DNA of 64,000 nucleotides, taken from Desulfatibacillum sp. Its GTDB lineage: Bacteria > Desulfobacterota > Desulfobacteria > Desulfobacterales > SpSt-501. Positions within the stretch are counted from its first letter, which is position 1, and every line of letters starts with the position of its first letter. This document shows, one piece after another, positions 50,306 to 58,798 of the stretch. The notes below the pieces were generated by a model. That model was not told where the DNA came from. It saw only the letters and a list, made by a program, of their open reading frames with translations, and did not search any database. The position numbers were made by a program, and so were the translations under genes. Location: positions 1,756 to 65,755 of the forward strand of contig DYEU01000005.1 in NCBI GenBank assembly GCA_020725555.1, read 5' to 3'.

Positions 50306-51271
50306 ATGAGCGACGCCCGTTTCCGCGAACTCTTCCGGCGGCACCCCGCCAACCCCATCCTGCAGACCCGGGATCTCCCCTATCCGGCGAACTCGGTCTT
50401 CAACGCCGGGGCGACGCGCTGCGGCGAGGAGACGCTCCTGCTCCTGCGCGTCGAGGACCGCCGCGGGATGTCCCACCTCACCGTCGCGCGCAGCCGCAAC
50501 GGGGTCGACGGCTGGGCGATCGACCCGCATCCGACCCTGCTCCCCGACCCCGAGCACCACCCCGAGGAGCTCTGGGGCATCGAAGACCCGCGCCTCACGC
50601 GCATCGAGGAGCTCGACCTCTGGGCCGTGCTCTACACCTCCTACTCGCGCGGCGGCCCACTCGTGTCGCTCGCCACCACGCGCGACTTTCGCACCTTCGA
50701 GCGCAAGGGCGTCGTCATGCCCCCCGAAGACAAGGACGCGGCCCTCTTCCCGGTCCGCTTCCGCGGCCGCTGGGCCATGCTGCACCGGCCCGTCACCGCC
50801 TTCGCCGGGGTCGGCGCCCACATCTGGATCTCCTTCAGCCCGGACATGAAGCACTGGGGCGACCACCAGATCCTGATCCCGGCGCGGCAGGGCGGCTGGT
50901 GGGATGCGAACAAGATCGGCCTCTCCCCCCCGCCCCTGGCCACCGAGCGCGGCTGGCTGATCCTCTACCACGGCGTGCGGCAGACGGCCGGCGGGTGCAT
51001 CTACCGCCTGGGGCTTGCGCTGCTGGACCTCGAGGAGCCGACCCGCGTGACGGCCCGCGCCGACGAGTGGGTCTTCGCCCCCGAGGAGCCCTACGAGGTC
51101 ACGGGCGACGTGGACAAGGTCGTCTTTCCCTGCGGGTGGGTGGTCGAGGGCGACGCGGTGCGGCTCTACTACGGCGGGGCCGACAAGTGCATCGCGCTCG
51201 CCACCGCGAGCGTGCGCGAGCTTCTCGACTGGCTCGAGGCCCACAAGCACTGGGACCGCCGCGTCTGCTGA
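50306..51271 (+). CDS. GH130 mannoside phosphorylase/glycosidase
   Basis: NPIL, VFNAGA, GIEDPR, KDAALFP, HRP, YHGV, VVFPCG, YYGGAD. Confidence 0.9.
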   Translation: MSDARFRELFRRHPANPILQTRDLPYPANSVFNAGATRCGEETLLLLRVEDRRGMSHLTVARSRNGVDGWAIDPHPTLLPDPEHHPEELWGIEDPRLTRIEELDLWAVLYTSYSRGGPLVSLATTRDFRTFERKGVVMPPEDKDAALFPVRFRGRWAMLHRPVTAFAGVGAHIWISFSPDMKHWGDHQILIPARQGGWWDANKIGLSPPPLATERGWLILYHGVRQTAGGCIYRLGLALLDLEEPTRVTARADEWVFAPEEPYEVTGDVDKVVFPCGWVVEGDAVRLYYGGADKCIALATASVRELLDWLEAHKHWDRRVC

Positions 51272-51281
51272 GGAGGCGCCC

Positions 51282-52337
51282 ATGCGTGTCGCGATGCTCT
51301 CGCCCATCGCCTGGCGCACCCCGCCGCGCCACTACGGCCCGTGGGAGACCGTGGTCTCGCTGCTGACCGAGGGGCTGATCGACCGCGGGATCGAGGTGAC
51401 CCTCTTTGCGACCGCGGACTCGATCACCCGCGCCCGGCTCGCCGCGGTCTGCCCCCGCGGCTACGAGGAGGACCCCGCCCTCATCCCCAAGGTCTGGGAG
51501 TGCCTGCACATCGCCTCGCTCTTCGAGCGCGGCGACGAGTTCGACCTGATCCACAACCACTTCGACTTCCTGCCCCTCACCTACTCGGCGATGACGCGCA
51601 CGCCGGTCGTGACCACGATCCACGGCGTTTCCTCGCCCGGCATCCTCCCCGTCTACCGCGCCTACAACGGCCGGGTCTTCTACGTGGCGATCAGCGCGGC
51701 CGACCGCCGGCCGGAACTCGACTACCTGGCCGTCATCCACCACGGGATCGACCTTGCCGGCTTCACCTTCCGGCCCGAAGCCGGGGAGTATCTTCTCTTC
51801 TTCGGCCGCATCCACCCCGAGAAGGGGACCCGCGAGTGCATCGCGGTGGCCCGCCGCACGGGCCTGCCCCTCGTCATCGCGGGCATCGTCCAGGATCCGG
51901 CCTACTTCGAATCCGCGGTGCGGCCGCACCTGGACGGCGAGCGGATCCGCTACGTGGGCAGCGTCGGCCCCGCGCGGCGCGATGCGCTCCTCGGCGGGGC
52001 GCGCGCGCTGCTGCACCCGATCGCCTTCGAGGAGCCCTTCGGCCTCTCCGTGGTCGAGGCCATGGCCTGCGGCACCCCGGTCATCGCCTTCCGCCGCGGC
52101 AGCATGCCCGAGATCGTCGCCGACGGGGAAACGGGGTTTCTCGTGGAGGACCTGGAGGGCATGGTCGAGGCCGTCTTCGCCCTCCCCCGGATCGAGCGCG
52201 CCGCCTGCCGCCGCCGTGTCGAGGCGCACTTCACGGCCGGCCGCATGGTTGACGACTACCTGAGGGTCTACGGGGAGGTCCTCCGCCGCCGGGTCCGCCG
52301 CGGCGAAGACACCGCAAGAGGAAACGGAGGTGCGTGA
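51282..52337 (+). CDS. GT4 glycosyltransferase
   Basis: PPRHYGPWE, GRIHPEKG, EPFGLSVVEAMACGTPV (E-X7-E). Confidence 0.9.
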   Translation: MRVAMLSPIAWRTPPRHYGPWETVVSLLTEGLIDRGIEVTLFATADSITRARLAAVCPRGYEEDPALIPKVWECLHIASLFERGDEFDLIHNHFDFLPLTYSAMTRTPVVTTIHGVSSPGILPVYRAYNGRVFYVAISAADRRPELDYLAVIHHGIDLAGFTFRPEAGEYLLFFGRIHPEKGTRECIAVARRTGLPLVIAGIVQDPAYFESAVRPHLDGERIRYVGSVGPARRDALLGGARALLHPIAFEEPFGLSVVEAMACGTPVIAFRRGSMPEIVADGETGFLVEDLEGMVEAVFALPRIERAACRRRVEAHFTAGRMVDDYLRVYGEVLRRRVRRGEDTARGNGGA

Positions 52338-53281
52338 TGGGCGCATCGGCCGGGCCGCTCGTGCGGCGCCATCCCAAGAACCCCATTCTCACCCGCGACG
52401 ACGTCCCCTATCCCGTCGTCACCGTGCACAACGCGGGGGCGGTGCGCTTCCGCGACCGCTACCTTCTCGTCTTCCGCTCCCATCTCCGCAACGGCCGCTC
52501 CATCCTGGGGCTCGCCGAAAGCGGGGACGGCTTCACCTTCCGCGTGCGGCCGACGCCCTTCCTCACCCCGGCGGCGGAGGGGCCGTTTGCCGCCTACGAG
52601 GAATACGGCGTCGAGGACGCCCGCATCTGCGCCCTCGAGGGCGCCTTCTGGATCACCTACAGCGCCTACTCGCGCCACGGGGTGCGCATCGGGCTCGCCC
52701 GCACCGAGGACTTCGAGCGCGTCGAGCGGATCGCCCTCATCACCCAGGCCGACTGCCGCAACGTGGTTCTCTTCCCGGAGCGCTTCGGCGGCCGCTACGC
52801 CCGCCTCGACCGCCCGCACTCGCAGATCGCGCCCTGGTCGATCTGGATCTCCTGGTCCCCGGACCTCGTCCACTGGGGCGACGCACAGATCCTCCTGCGG
52901 CCGGCCCCCTACCATTGGGACGAGATGAAGGTGGGCCCCGGCGCGACCCCCGTGCGCACCCCCCGCGGCTGGCTGAACCTCTTCCACGGGGTCTTCCAGA
53001 CCATGGACGGCGCCATTTACCGCCTGGGCGCGGCCCTCCACGCCCTCGAGGACCCCGGCCGCCTCCTGGGGGTGGCCGACGAATGGATCCTCCAGCCCGA
53101 GGACCCCTGGGAGGTCGCGGGCTACGTCCACAACGTCGTCTTCACCTGCGGGGCGATCCCCGAGGAAGACGGGACGATCAAGATCTACTGGGGCGGGGCG
53201 GACACGGTGCTCTGCGCGGGCGAGGCCCGGATCGACGACCTGGTCGACCTGTGCCTGGAGCGGCCGCGGCCGCCGCTCTGA
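52334..53281 (+). CDS. GH130 mannoside phosphorylase/glycosidase (second subtype)
   Basis: NPIL, HNAGA, GVEDAR, RNVVLFP, DRP, FHGV, NVVFTCG, YWGGAD. Confidence 0.9.
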   Translation: MMGASAGPLVRRHPKNPILTRDDVPYPVVTVHNAGAVRFRDRYLLVFRSHLRNGRSILGLAESGDGFTFRVRPTPFLTPAAEGPFAAYEEYGVEDARICALEGAFWITYSAYSRHGVRIGLARTEDFERVERIALITQADCRNVVLFPERFGGRYARLDRPHSQIAPWSIWISWSPDLVHWGDAQILLRPAPYHWDEMKVGPGATPVRTPRGWLNLFHGVFQTMDGAIYRLGAALHALEDPGRLLGVADEWILQPEDPWEVAGYVHNVVFTCGAIPEEDGTIKIYWGGADTVLCAGEARIDDLVDLCLERPRPPL

Positions 53282-53361
53282 GGCGGCCGCGGAGGACTGT
53301 CCGGCCCCCCCCGGCCGCGATCGGGCGGGGGCCGTCGAGGGGGGGGACCCGGGAAGAGGCC

Positions 53362-54411
53362 ATGCCGTTTCTCCGACCGATCGCCGCGTCGCTCGCTTTT
53401 CTTTCCGCCGCGGGGTGCCTTGCGCCCCCTGCGCCGTTTGCACCCGAGACCCCCGCCTGGCGCGTGGCCCCCCTGTTCGCCGCGCCGCCCGTCGACGGCC
53501 GGGGGCGCTTCCGGGAAATCCTCTGCCTCCTCGCGGCCGGCCTTCCGGAGGGGGAGGCCGGGGAGGCGTGCGCGGATCTCCTCTGGCGCCTCGGCGACGA
53601 GGCCCCCGCCGCCTCGACCCCGCGGCCCCTGCCCCCCCACGACCCGCGGCTGCGCATCCTCATCGTCCCCGGCGCCTTCACCGAGTGTTTCCCCGGCTTC
53701 GGGCGGCCCTTCGAGGACGCCGCGCCGTCGCTCGCCGCCGCAGGCTATCGGATCGATTGGATCCCCGTCGCCGGACGCTCGGGAAGCGAGGAAAACGCCG
53801 CCCGCATCGCCGCCTTCCTGCGCGAGTTTCCGCCGCAGGAGGGCGAGCGCCTCGTGCTGCTCGGCCACTCCAAGGGGGCGGTCGACATCCTCGATTTTCT
53901 CGCCCGGTACCCGGCGGAGGCCCGCCGCGTCCGCGCCGCGGTCGCGGTCGCCGGCCCGGTCGCGGGGTCCCGGCTCGCCGAGCGCTGGGAGCGCCTCGAG
54001 GATCTCCTGCTTTCCCGGTTTCCGCTGGCGCACTGCCCGGCAGGCGACGGCAGGGTGCTCGCCGACCTCGGCCGGGAGCACCGGCTCCGCCGGCTGGCGC
54101 AGGATCCTCCCGCCCCCGGGGTCCTCCTCGTTTCGCTCGGCGCCTTCACCCGGCGCCAGGCGATCCACCCGCTTCTTCTCGCCACCTACGATCTGCTTGC
54201 GTCCTGGGACCCGCGAAACGACGGGCTCGTCACCCACGCCGAGCAGGTCATCCCCGGCTCACTCCTGCTCGGCTGGGCGAACCTCGACCACTGGGACATC
54301 GCGCTGCCGGTGCGCGAGCGGCTGAACGTGGGCGGCGCCGGAAGCCGCAAGGCCGAACGCCGGCTCCTCTTCGAGGCCCTGCTGCGGATGCTCGCGGAAC
54401 AGCTGCCATGA
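53362..54411 (+). CDS. Alpha/beta hydrolase lipoprotein
   Basis: SAAGC lipobox, GHSKG nucleophile motif, NDGLV, DHW. Confidence 0.75.
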   Translation: MPFLRPIAASLAFLSAAGCLAPPAPFAPETPAWRVAPLFAAPPVDGRGRFREILCLLAAGLPEGEAGEACADLLWRLGDEAPAASTPRPLPPHDPRLRILIVPGAFTECFPGFGRPFEDAAPSLAAAGYRIDWIPVAGRSGSEENAARIAAFLREFPPQEGERLVLLGHSKGAVDILDFLARYPAEARRVRAAVAVAGPVAGSRLAERWERLEDLLLSRFPLAHCPAGDGRVLADLGREHRLRRLAQDPPAPGVLLVSLGAFTRRQAIHPLLLATYDLLASWDPRNDGLVTHAEQVIPGSLLLGWANLDHWDIALPVRERLNVGGAGSRKAERRLLFEALLRMLAEQLP

Positions 54412-54526
54412 CCTGAGGTGAGGGGGCTCGCGCCATCCGCGCCCGGCCATGAGGCCCTGGGAAATCTCGCGCGGCCTGCGGCCGGCGCGTCGGGGTAAGC
54501 CGGGTGCCGGGGAGCGATCGGCCCGC

Positions 54527-54934
54527 TCAGCGGCCGGCGGTCGCGAGGAAGCAGCTCACGTAGACGCGGGTTGCGTCTTCCTCCTCGTCGCTGCAGGCGA
54601 AGACGGCGTCGCCGACGCGGATGCAGGTCGAGGCAAAGAGGCCGCCTTCGGTGCCGTCGCCGTAGAGGGAGGCGGCGGCGAGCCAGTAGGTCGCGCCGGG
54701 GGAAAGGCCGGTGACGACAACGGCGGGGTGCCCGGGGTCGTCGAGCGCGGCGAGCGGCAACTCGTCGATTTTCTCCCAGTCGGCCCCGCCCGTGCGGCGA
54801 TAGACGGCGTAGCCGGTGACGGCCGGGTCCGGGTCGGCCGGCCAGGAAAAGAGAACATCGATCGCCGCGGCCGCCGGAGGCAACACGAGGGCGACGAGAG
54901 CGGCGGCGAGCAAGCTGCGGCGGCTTCGTCTCAT
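54527..54934 (-). CDS. Small secreted fibronectin type III-like protein with CFLATA C-terminus
   Basis: Signal peptide; W...VTGYAVYR...VTGLSPGATYW; ends SCFLATAGR; ATGA overlap with the upstream gene. Confidence 0.7.
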   Translation of the reverse strand: MRRSRRSLLAAALVALVLPPAAAAIDVLFSWPADPDPAVTGYAVYRRTGGADWEKIDELPLAALDDPGHPAVVVTGLSPGATYWLAAASLYGDGTEGGLFASTCIRVGDAVFACSDEEEDATRVYVSCFLATAGR

Positions 54935-56709
54935 GCGTTGCTCAGCAGGAAAAGAAGGACGAAGCGCGCGTCCAGGTTCTCGGGGGCGACGCGGCCGTAC
55001 TCCGCCTCGAGCTCGGCGAAGAGCTCCTCGAAGATCTCCCCCCAGGTGCCGCGGACCTCCTCCTCGTCGATCCCCGCCGCCGCGGCGAGAAAGGAGACGA
55101 AATCGGATCGCCGCGCCGCGGGGATCCGCCGCGGGGCCTCCGCCGGGGCGTGGGCGGCCGGTGCGAAGAGCCCCTCGAAAAAGGGCCGGAAGGCCGAAAG
55201 CGGAAGCGGCGCGAGCACCTCGCCCATCCGGCCCAGGCGGTCGGCGGCCCAGGCGGTGAGCAGGAGATTCTTCCAGGTGAGGAAGCGGTATCCGCCGGCG
55301 GGCCCCAGCCGTGGGGAAAGCCGTGCCAGCAGCCGGTCGACCCGGCGGATGCGCTCGAGCACGGTCTCGGTCGCCGCGATGTCCTCGCGGGAGTGGAACT
55401 CGCGGTAGAGGAGCCCCGTGCGGTAGTTGTCGTAGAACAGGGGCTTCTTGAGCAGGATCCCGCCCAGCACCCCCATCCACCGTTCCCCCCAGAAGCTGAG
55501 CTTGAGCCCCTCGCGGGCGAACCAGCTGCCGGCAAGCCAGGCCTCGGTCCGCCACTTGAGCCGCAAGGCCTCCCCGAAGCCGAGGCGGAAGAGGTCGACC
55601 AGCGGGTGGCGCAGCAGCAGGGCCGCCGCGCGTGCGGGGTCGGGGGCCGCGGTCTCCCCCTCCTTCCCCGCAAGCGTCTCCAGGGCGATCCCGAGGTAGC
55701 CGCAGGCCTTGGCGACCACCTCGCGCAGGTCGTCGCGGCTGCGGACCTCCCGGCGATCGGCCACGATGAGCCGGTTGCAGAGGTTGGCGAACTCCCATTG
55801 CAGGTACAGCCGCTGCTCGCCGGGCTCGATGCGCGCGAGCGCCCGGTGGAAGGGTGCGGCCTCCGGGAGCTCGCGCCAGGGGAAGGCCGGGACCGGCAAA
55901 AGCCCGCCCCCCTCCTCGACCTCGCCGCGGGGGACGCGTTTCGGCCGGCTGCGGCCGAGCTGCCCGGGGGTGACCGGTTGATAGACGCCGATCGCCTCGT
56001 CGAAGGGCACGAACCCCTTTTCCGCCAGGCGCACGTTCCGCCAGCGGTACTCCTCCTCCTCGGCCTCCGCCGGGATCACGTGGGCCGCCTCGAGCAGGAC
56101 GCTCTGGTAGACGAGATGGTCCTCCGCGGCGATTTTCTCGAGGAGGCGGTGGAGAAAGCGGCGGCGGCGATCCTCGTCGAGGTCCGAGCCCCCCGGGATC
56201 CGCGGCAGGTCGAGGATGCGCACGTAGTAGACCTGGTCGAGGGTGAAGAAGCCCTCGCCGAATTCCGAGGGGTCCTGGTCGTGTTCGCGGATGCGCACCT
56301 CGACGTTGTGAAAGAGATAGAGCTCGCCGAAGGCGAGCCGCTCCTTCAGAAACCAGCGCACGAAGCGCCCCGGGTCGGCCTCGAGGAGGAGATCCATCCA
56401 GCGCGTGGCGCGGTGCACCTCGAGGCGCTCCCCGGCCCAGGCCTCGACGTCGAGCACGTGGTCCCACTGGCGGTCGGAGGCGAGCTTGAGCAGCGGCAGC
56501 GCATCCTCGGGACCGATGTCCCGGACGAGGAGGTGGAAGTCGCTCTCGGGGATCGCGTGCACGAGGGCCGGCGCCTGGGGCTCGGCGAGAATGCGCTCGA
56601 GGGCCTCCTCGGCGGGAAGCGCGAGGATCTCGGCCCGCTTGCGCGCGAGTTCCCGCAGCCGCTCGCGCACGGGGGCGGCCGGGGGCGTGTGCGGCGGGTG
56701 CTCAGCCAT
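54931..56709 (-). CDS. Conserved deltaproteobacterial protein (DUF6178-like)
   Basis: 592-aa ORF with typical codon usage, coupled to both neighbours; IGPEDALPLL..ASDRQWDHVLDVEAW, EEEEYRWRNVRLAEKGF, LFRLGF. Confidence 0.7.
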   Translation of the reverse strand: MAEHPPHTPPAAPVRERLRELARKRAEILALPAEEALERILAEPQAPALVHAIPESDFHLLVRDIGPEDALPLLKLASDRQWDHVLDVEAWAGERLEVHRATRWMDLLLEADPGRFVRWFLKERLAFGELYLFHNVEVRIREHDQDPSEFGEGFFTLDQVYYVRILDLPRIPGGSDLDEDRRRRFLHRLLEKIAAEDHLVYQSVLLEAAHVIPAEAEEEEYRWRNVRLAEKGFVPFDEAIGVYQPVTPGQLGRSRPKRVPRGEVEEGGGLLPVPAFPWRELPEAAPFHRALARIEPGEQRLYLQWEFANLCNRLIVADRREVRSRDDLREVVAKACGYLGIALETLAGKEGETAAPDPARAAALLLRHPLVDLFRLGFGEALRLKWRTEAWLAGSWFAREGLKLSFWGERWMGVLGGILLKKPLFYDNYRTGLLYREFHSREDIAATETVLERIRRVDRLLARLSPRLGPAGGYRFLTWKNLLLTAWAADRLGRMGEVLAPLPLSAFRPFFEGLFAPAAHAPAEAPRRIPAARRSDFVSFLAAAAGIDEEEVRGTWGEIFEELFAELEAEYGRVAPENLDARFVLLFLLSNA

Positions 56710-58000
56710 GGGGTCCGGGGGCGACTCTATCAGGGCCTGCGGCTTCTGGCAAACCGCCCGCCTCGGGGGGCTCGGCGCCGGGCAGCCCGCGCAGCAACCA
56801 CAGGCCGGGCGCCGCGGCGAGGGTGCAGGCGAGGAAGAAGGTGGGCCAGCCGAGGTGGGCCGCGGCCCAGCCCGTCGGGGCGGCGGCGAGAACGCGCGGC
56901 AGGCCCATAAGGCCGGTGAGCAGCGCGTACTGGGTGGCGGTGAATTCGCGGCGGGTTTGGCTCGCCATGAAGGCGACGAACGCGCTCGTCCCCATGCCGG
57001 CCGTCAGGTTCTCGAAGGCGATCACCGCGGCGAGCAGCGCCAGGCGATCGCCGGCGAGCGCGAGTGCCGCGAACCCGGCGGTCGAGAGGGCCTGGAGCAG
57101 GCCGAAGACCCAGAGGCTGCGGCGGATCCCGAGCCGCAGGATCCACAGGCCGCCGAGCAGCGCCCCGGCGATCGTCGCCCAGGAGCCGAAGAGCTTGACG
57201 ACCGCGCCGATCTCGGATTTCGAGAAGCCGAGCTCGAGGTAGAAGGGGGTGGTGATCGCGGCCGCAAGCGTGTCGCCGATCTTGTAGAGGACGATGAATG
57301 CGAGGAGCCTGAGCGCCTTGCGCCGACGCAGGAAATCGGCGAGCGGCCCCCAGGCCGCGGCGGCGAGCGTCCGCGGGGCGGCCGGCGCCCCTGCGGGCTC
57401 GGGGGCGAGCAGCGTGGTGGCGATCCCGGGGATCATCCCTGCGGCGAGCAGCAGGTAGACCTGCGAGAAGGGCAGGACGTCGGCGAGGATGAACCCGCCG
57501 CCGCCCGAGGCCCACATCCCGACGCGGTAGCCGTAGACGTAGAGCGAGGAGCCGAGCCCCAGCTCGCGTTCGGGCAGGTCCTCGCGGCGGTAGGCGTCGA
57601 CCACGGTGTCCTGGGTGGCGCTGAAGAAGGCGACGACGGAGGCGGCGAGCGCCAGGCCCAGGGCCTGCCGGCCGGGGTCGAAGAAGGCCATGGCGGCGAT
57701 CGCGAGCGCCAGCCCCGTCTGCGCCAGCAGGAGCCAGCCGCGCCGCCGGCCGAGGATCGGCGGCGTGAAGCGGTCGAGGAACGGGGCCCAGAGGACCTTC
57801 CAGGCGTAGGGCGCCTGGACGAGGCTCACCAGCCCCAGCAGCGCCAGATCGACCCCGCCCTCCTTCATCCAGGCCTGGAGCAGCCCCATCGTGAGCGGAA
57901 GCGGAAGCCCGCAGGAGAGGCCCATGAGGAAGGCGACCGTCATGCGCCGGCTGAAAAGCACCGCGGCCAAGGCGGCGCATCGGGCGGGCTCGGGCTTCAC
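56702..58000 (-). CDS. ampG: AmpG-family MFS muropeptide permease
   Basis: GLSCGLPL, KVLWAPFLDR, GRRRGW, SATQDTVVDAYR, YKIGD, TATQYALL; GTG start overlapping rdgB stop. Confidence 0.9.
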   Translation of the reverse strand: MKPEPARCAALAAVLFSRRMTVAFLMGLSCGLPLPLTMGLLQAWMKEGGVDLALLGLVSLVQAPYAWKVLWAPFLDRFTPPILGRRRGWLLLAQTGLALAIAAMAFFDPGRQALGLALAASVVAFFSATQDTVVDAYRREDLPERELGLGSSLYVYGYRVGMWASGGGGFILADVLPFSQVYLLLAAGMIPGIATTLLAPEPAGAPAAPRTLAAAAWGPLADFLRRRKALRLLAFIVLYKIGDTLAAAITTPFYLELGFSKSEIGAVVKLFGSWATIAGALLGGLWILRLGIRRSLWVFGLLQALSTAGFAALALAGDRLALLAAVIAFENLTAGMGTSAFVAFMASQTRREFTATQYALLTGLMGLPRVLAAAPTGWAAAHLGWPTFFLACTLAAAPGLWLLRGLPGAEPPEAGGLPEAAGPDRVAPGPHG

Positions 58001-58641
58001 GGGTTCCAGGGGTCGCCGGGGGGCATGCGGCTGCGGATCCAGCGCATCACGCGTTCGAACTCCGCGCCCAACTCGGCCATGGCACGGCCGCGGTGGCTCA
58101 CGCGGTGTTTTTCCTCGGCGCTGAGCTGCGCGAAGGTCCGGCCGAGCGGGGGATAGAAAAAGACCGGGTCGTAGCCGAAGCCCATCTCGCCCGCCGGCTC
58201 CTCGGCGATCAGGCCCTCGCAGCGCCCCTGGTAGGTGAGGGCCGCGCCCGAGGGCACCGCAAGCGAGAGCACGCAGACGAATGACGCACGGCGGTCGCTG
58301 CGGCCCTTCATCGCCGCCAGCAGCCGCGCCACGCGCTCGGCGTCGGAGAGGCCCGGTCCCCCGTAGCGCGCCGAGTGGACGCCGGGGGCGCCCCCCAGGG
58401 CGGCGACGCAGAGGCCGGAGTCGTCGGCGAGCGCGGGAACCCCGAGGATGCGCGCCGTGAAGCTCGATTTCTTGTAGGCGTTTTCCTCGAAGCTCGTGCC
58501 GTCCTCCTCGACCTCGGGCAGCGGCCCGAACCGGCCGAGATCGCGCACCTCGACCGGGAAGCCGGCGAGCAGCGCCTGCAGCTCGCGGGTCTTGCCGGGG
58601 TTGCGCGTGGCGACGACGAGCAGGGGGGGGCGCGGGCTCAC
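57997..58641 (-). CDS. rdgB: Non-canonical purine NTP pyrophosphatase (XTP/dITP)
   Basis: ATRNPGK, EDGTSFEENA, ADDSGL, PGVHSARY, GFGYDPVF, SHRG. Confidence 0.93.
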   Translation of the reverse strand: MSPRPPLLVVATRNPGKTRELQALLAGFPVEVRDLGRFGPLPEVEEDGTSFEENAYKKSSFTARILGVPALADDSGLCVAALGGAPGVHSARYGGPGLSDAERVARLLAAMKGRSDRRASFVCVLSLAVPSGAALTYQGRCEGLIAEEPAGEMGFGYDPVFFYPPLGRTFAQLSAEEKHRVSHRGRAMAELGAEFERVMRWIRSRMPPGDPWNP

Positions 58642-58715
58642 GGCGAAGGCCTCCTGAACGGGGATCGGGGTTCTTGTACGCGCTCCGGCGGGGGGTTGCA
58701 AGCGGCGCGCCCCGC

Positions 58716-58743
58716 TTTACAAGGTCCCTCCCCCGTGTATAAT
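58716..58743 (+). promoter_or_regulatory. Sigma70 promoter of recN
   Basis: TTTACA-N16-TATAAT. Confidence 0.6.
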
Positions 58744-58798
58744 TGCGGCCGCGATCCGGACGCCTTCCGGAGACCGCCGTGCGCCGAGGCCGCCCGCG

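Noticed and set aside
45575-54411. Mobile island, prophage or defence locus origin for the RSH-GT-GH130 block
   Set aside because: No integrase, transposase, terminal repeats or visible composition shift
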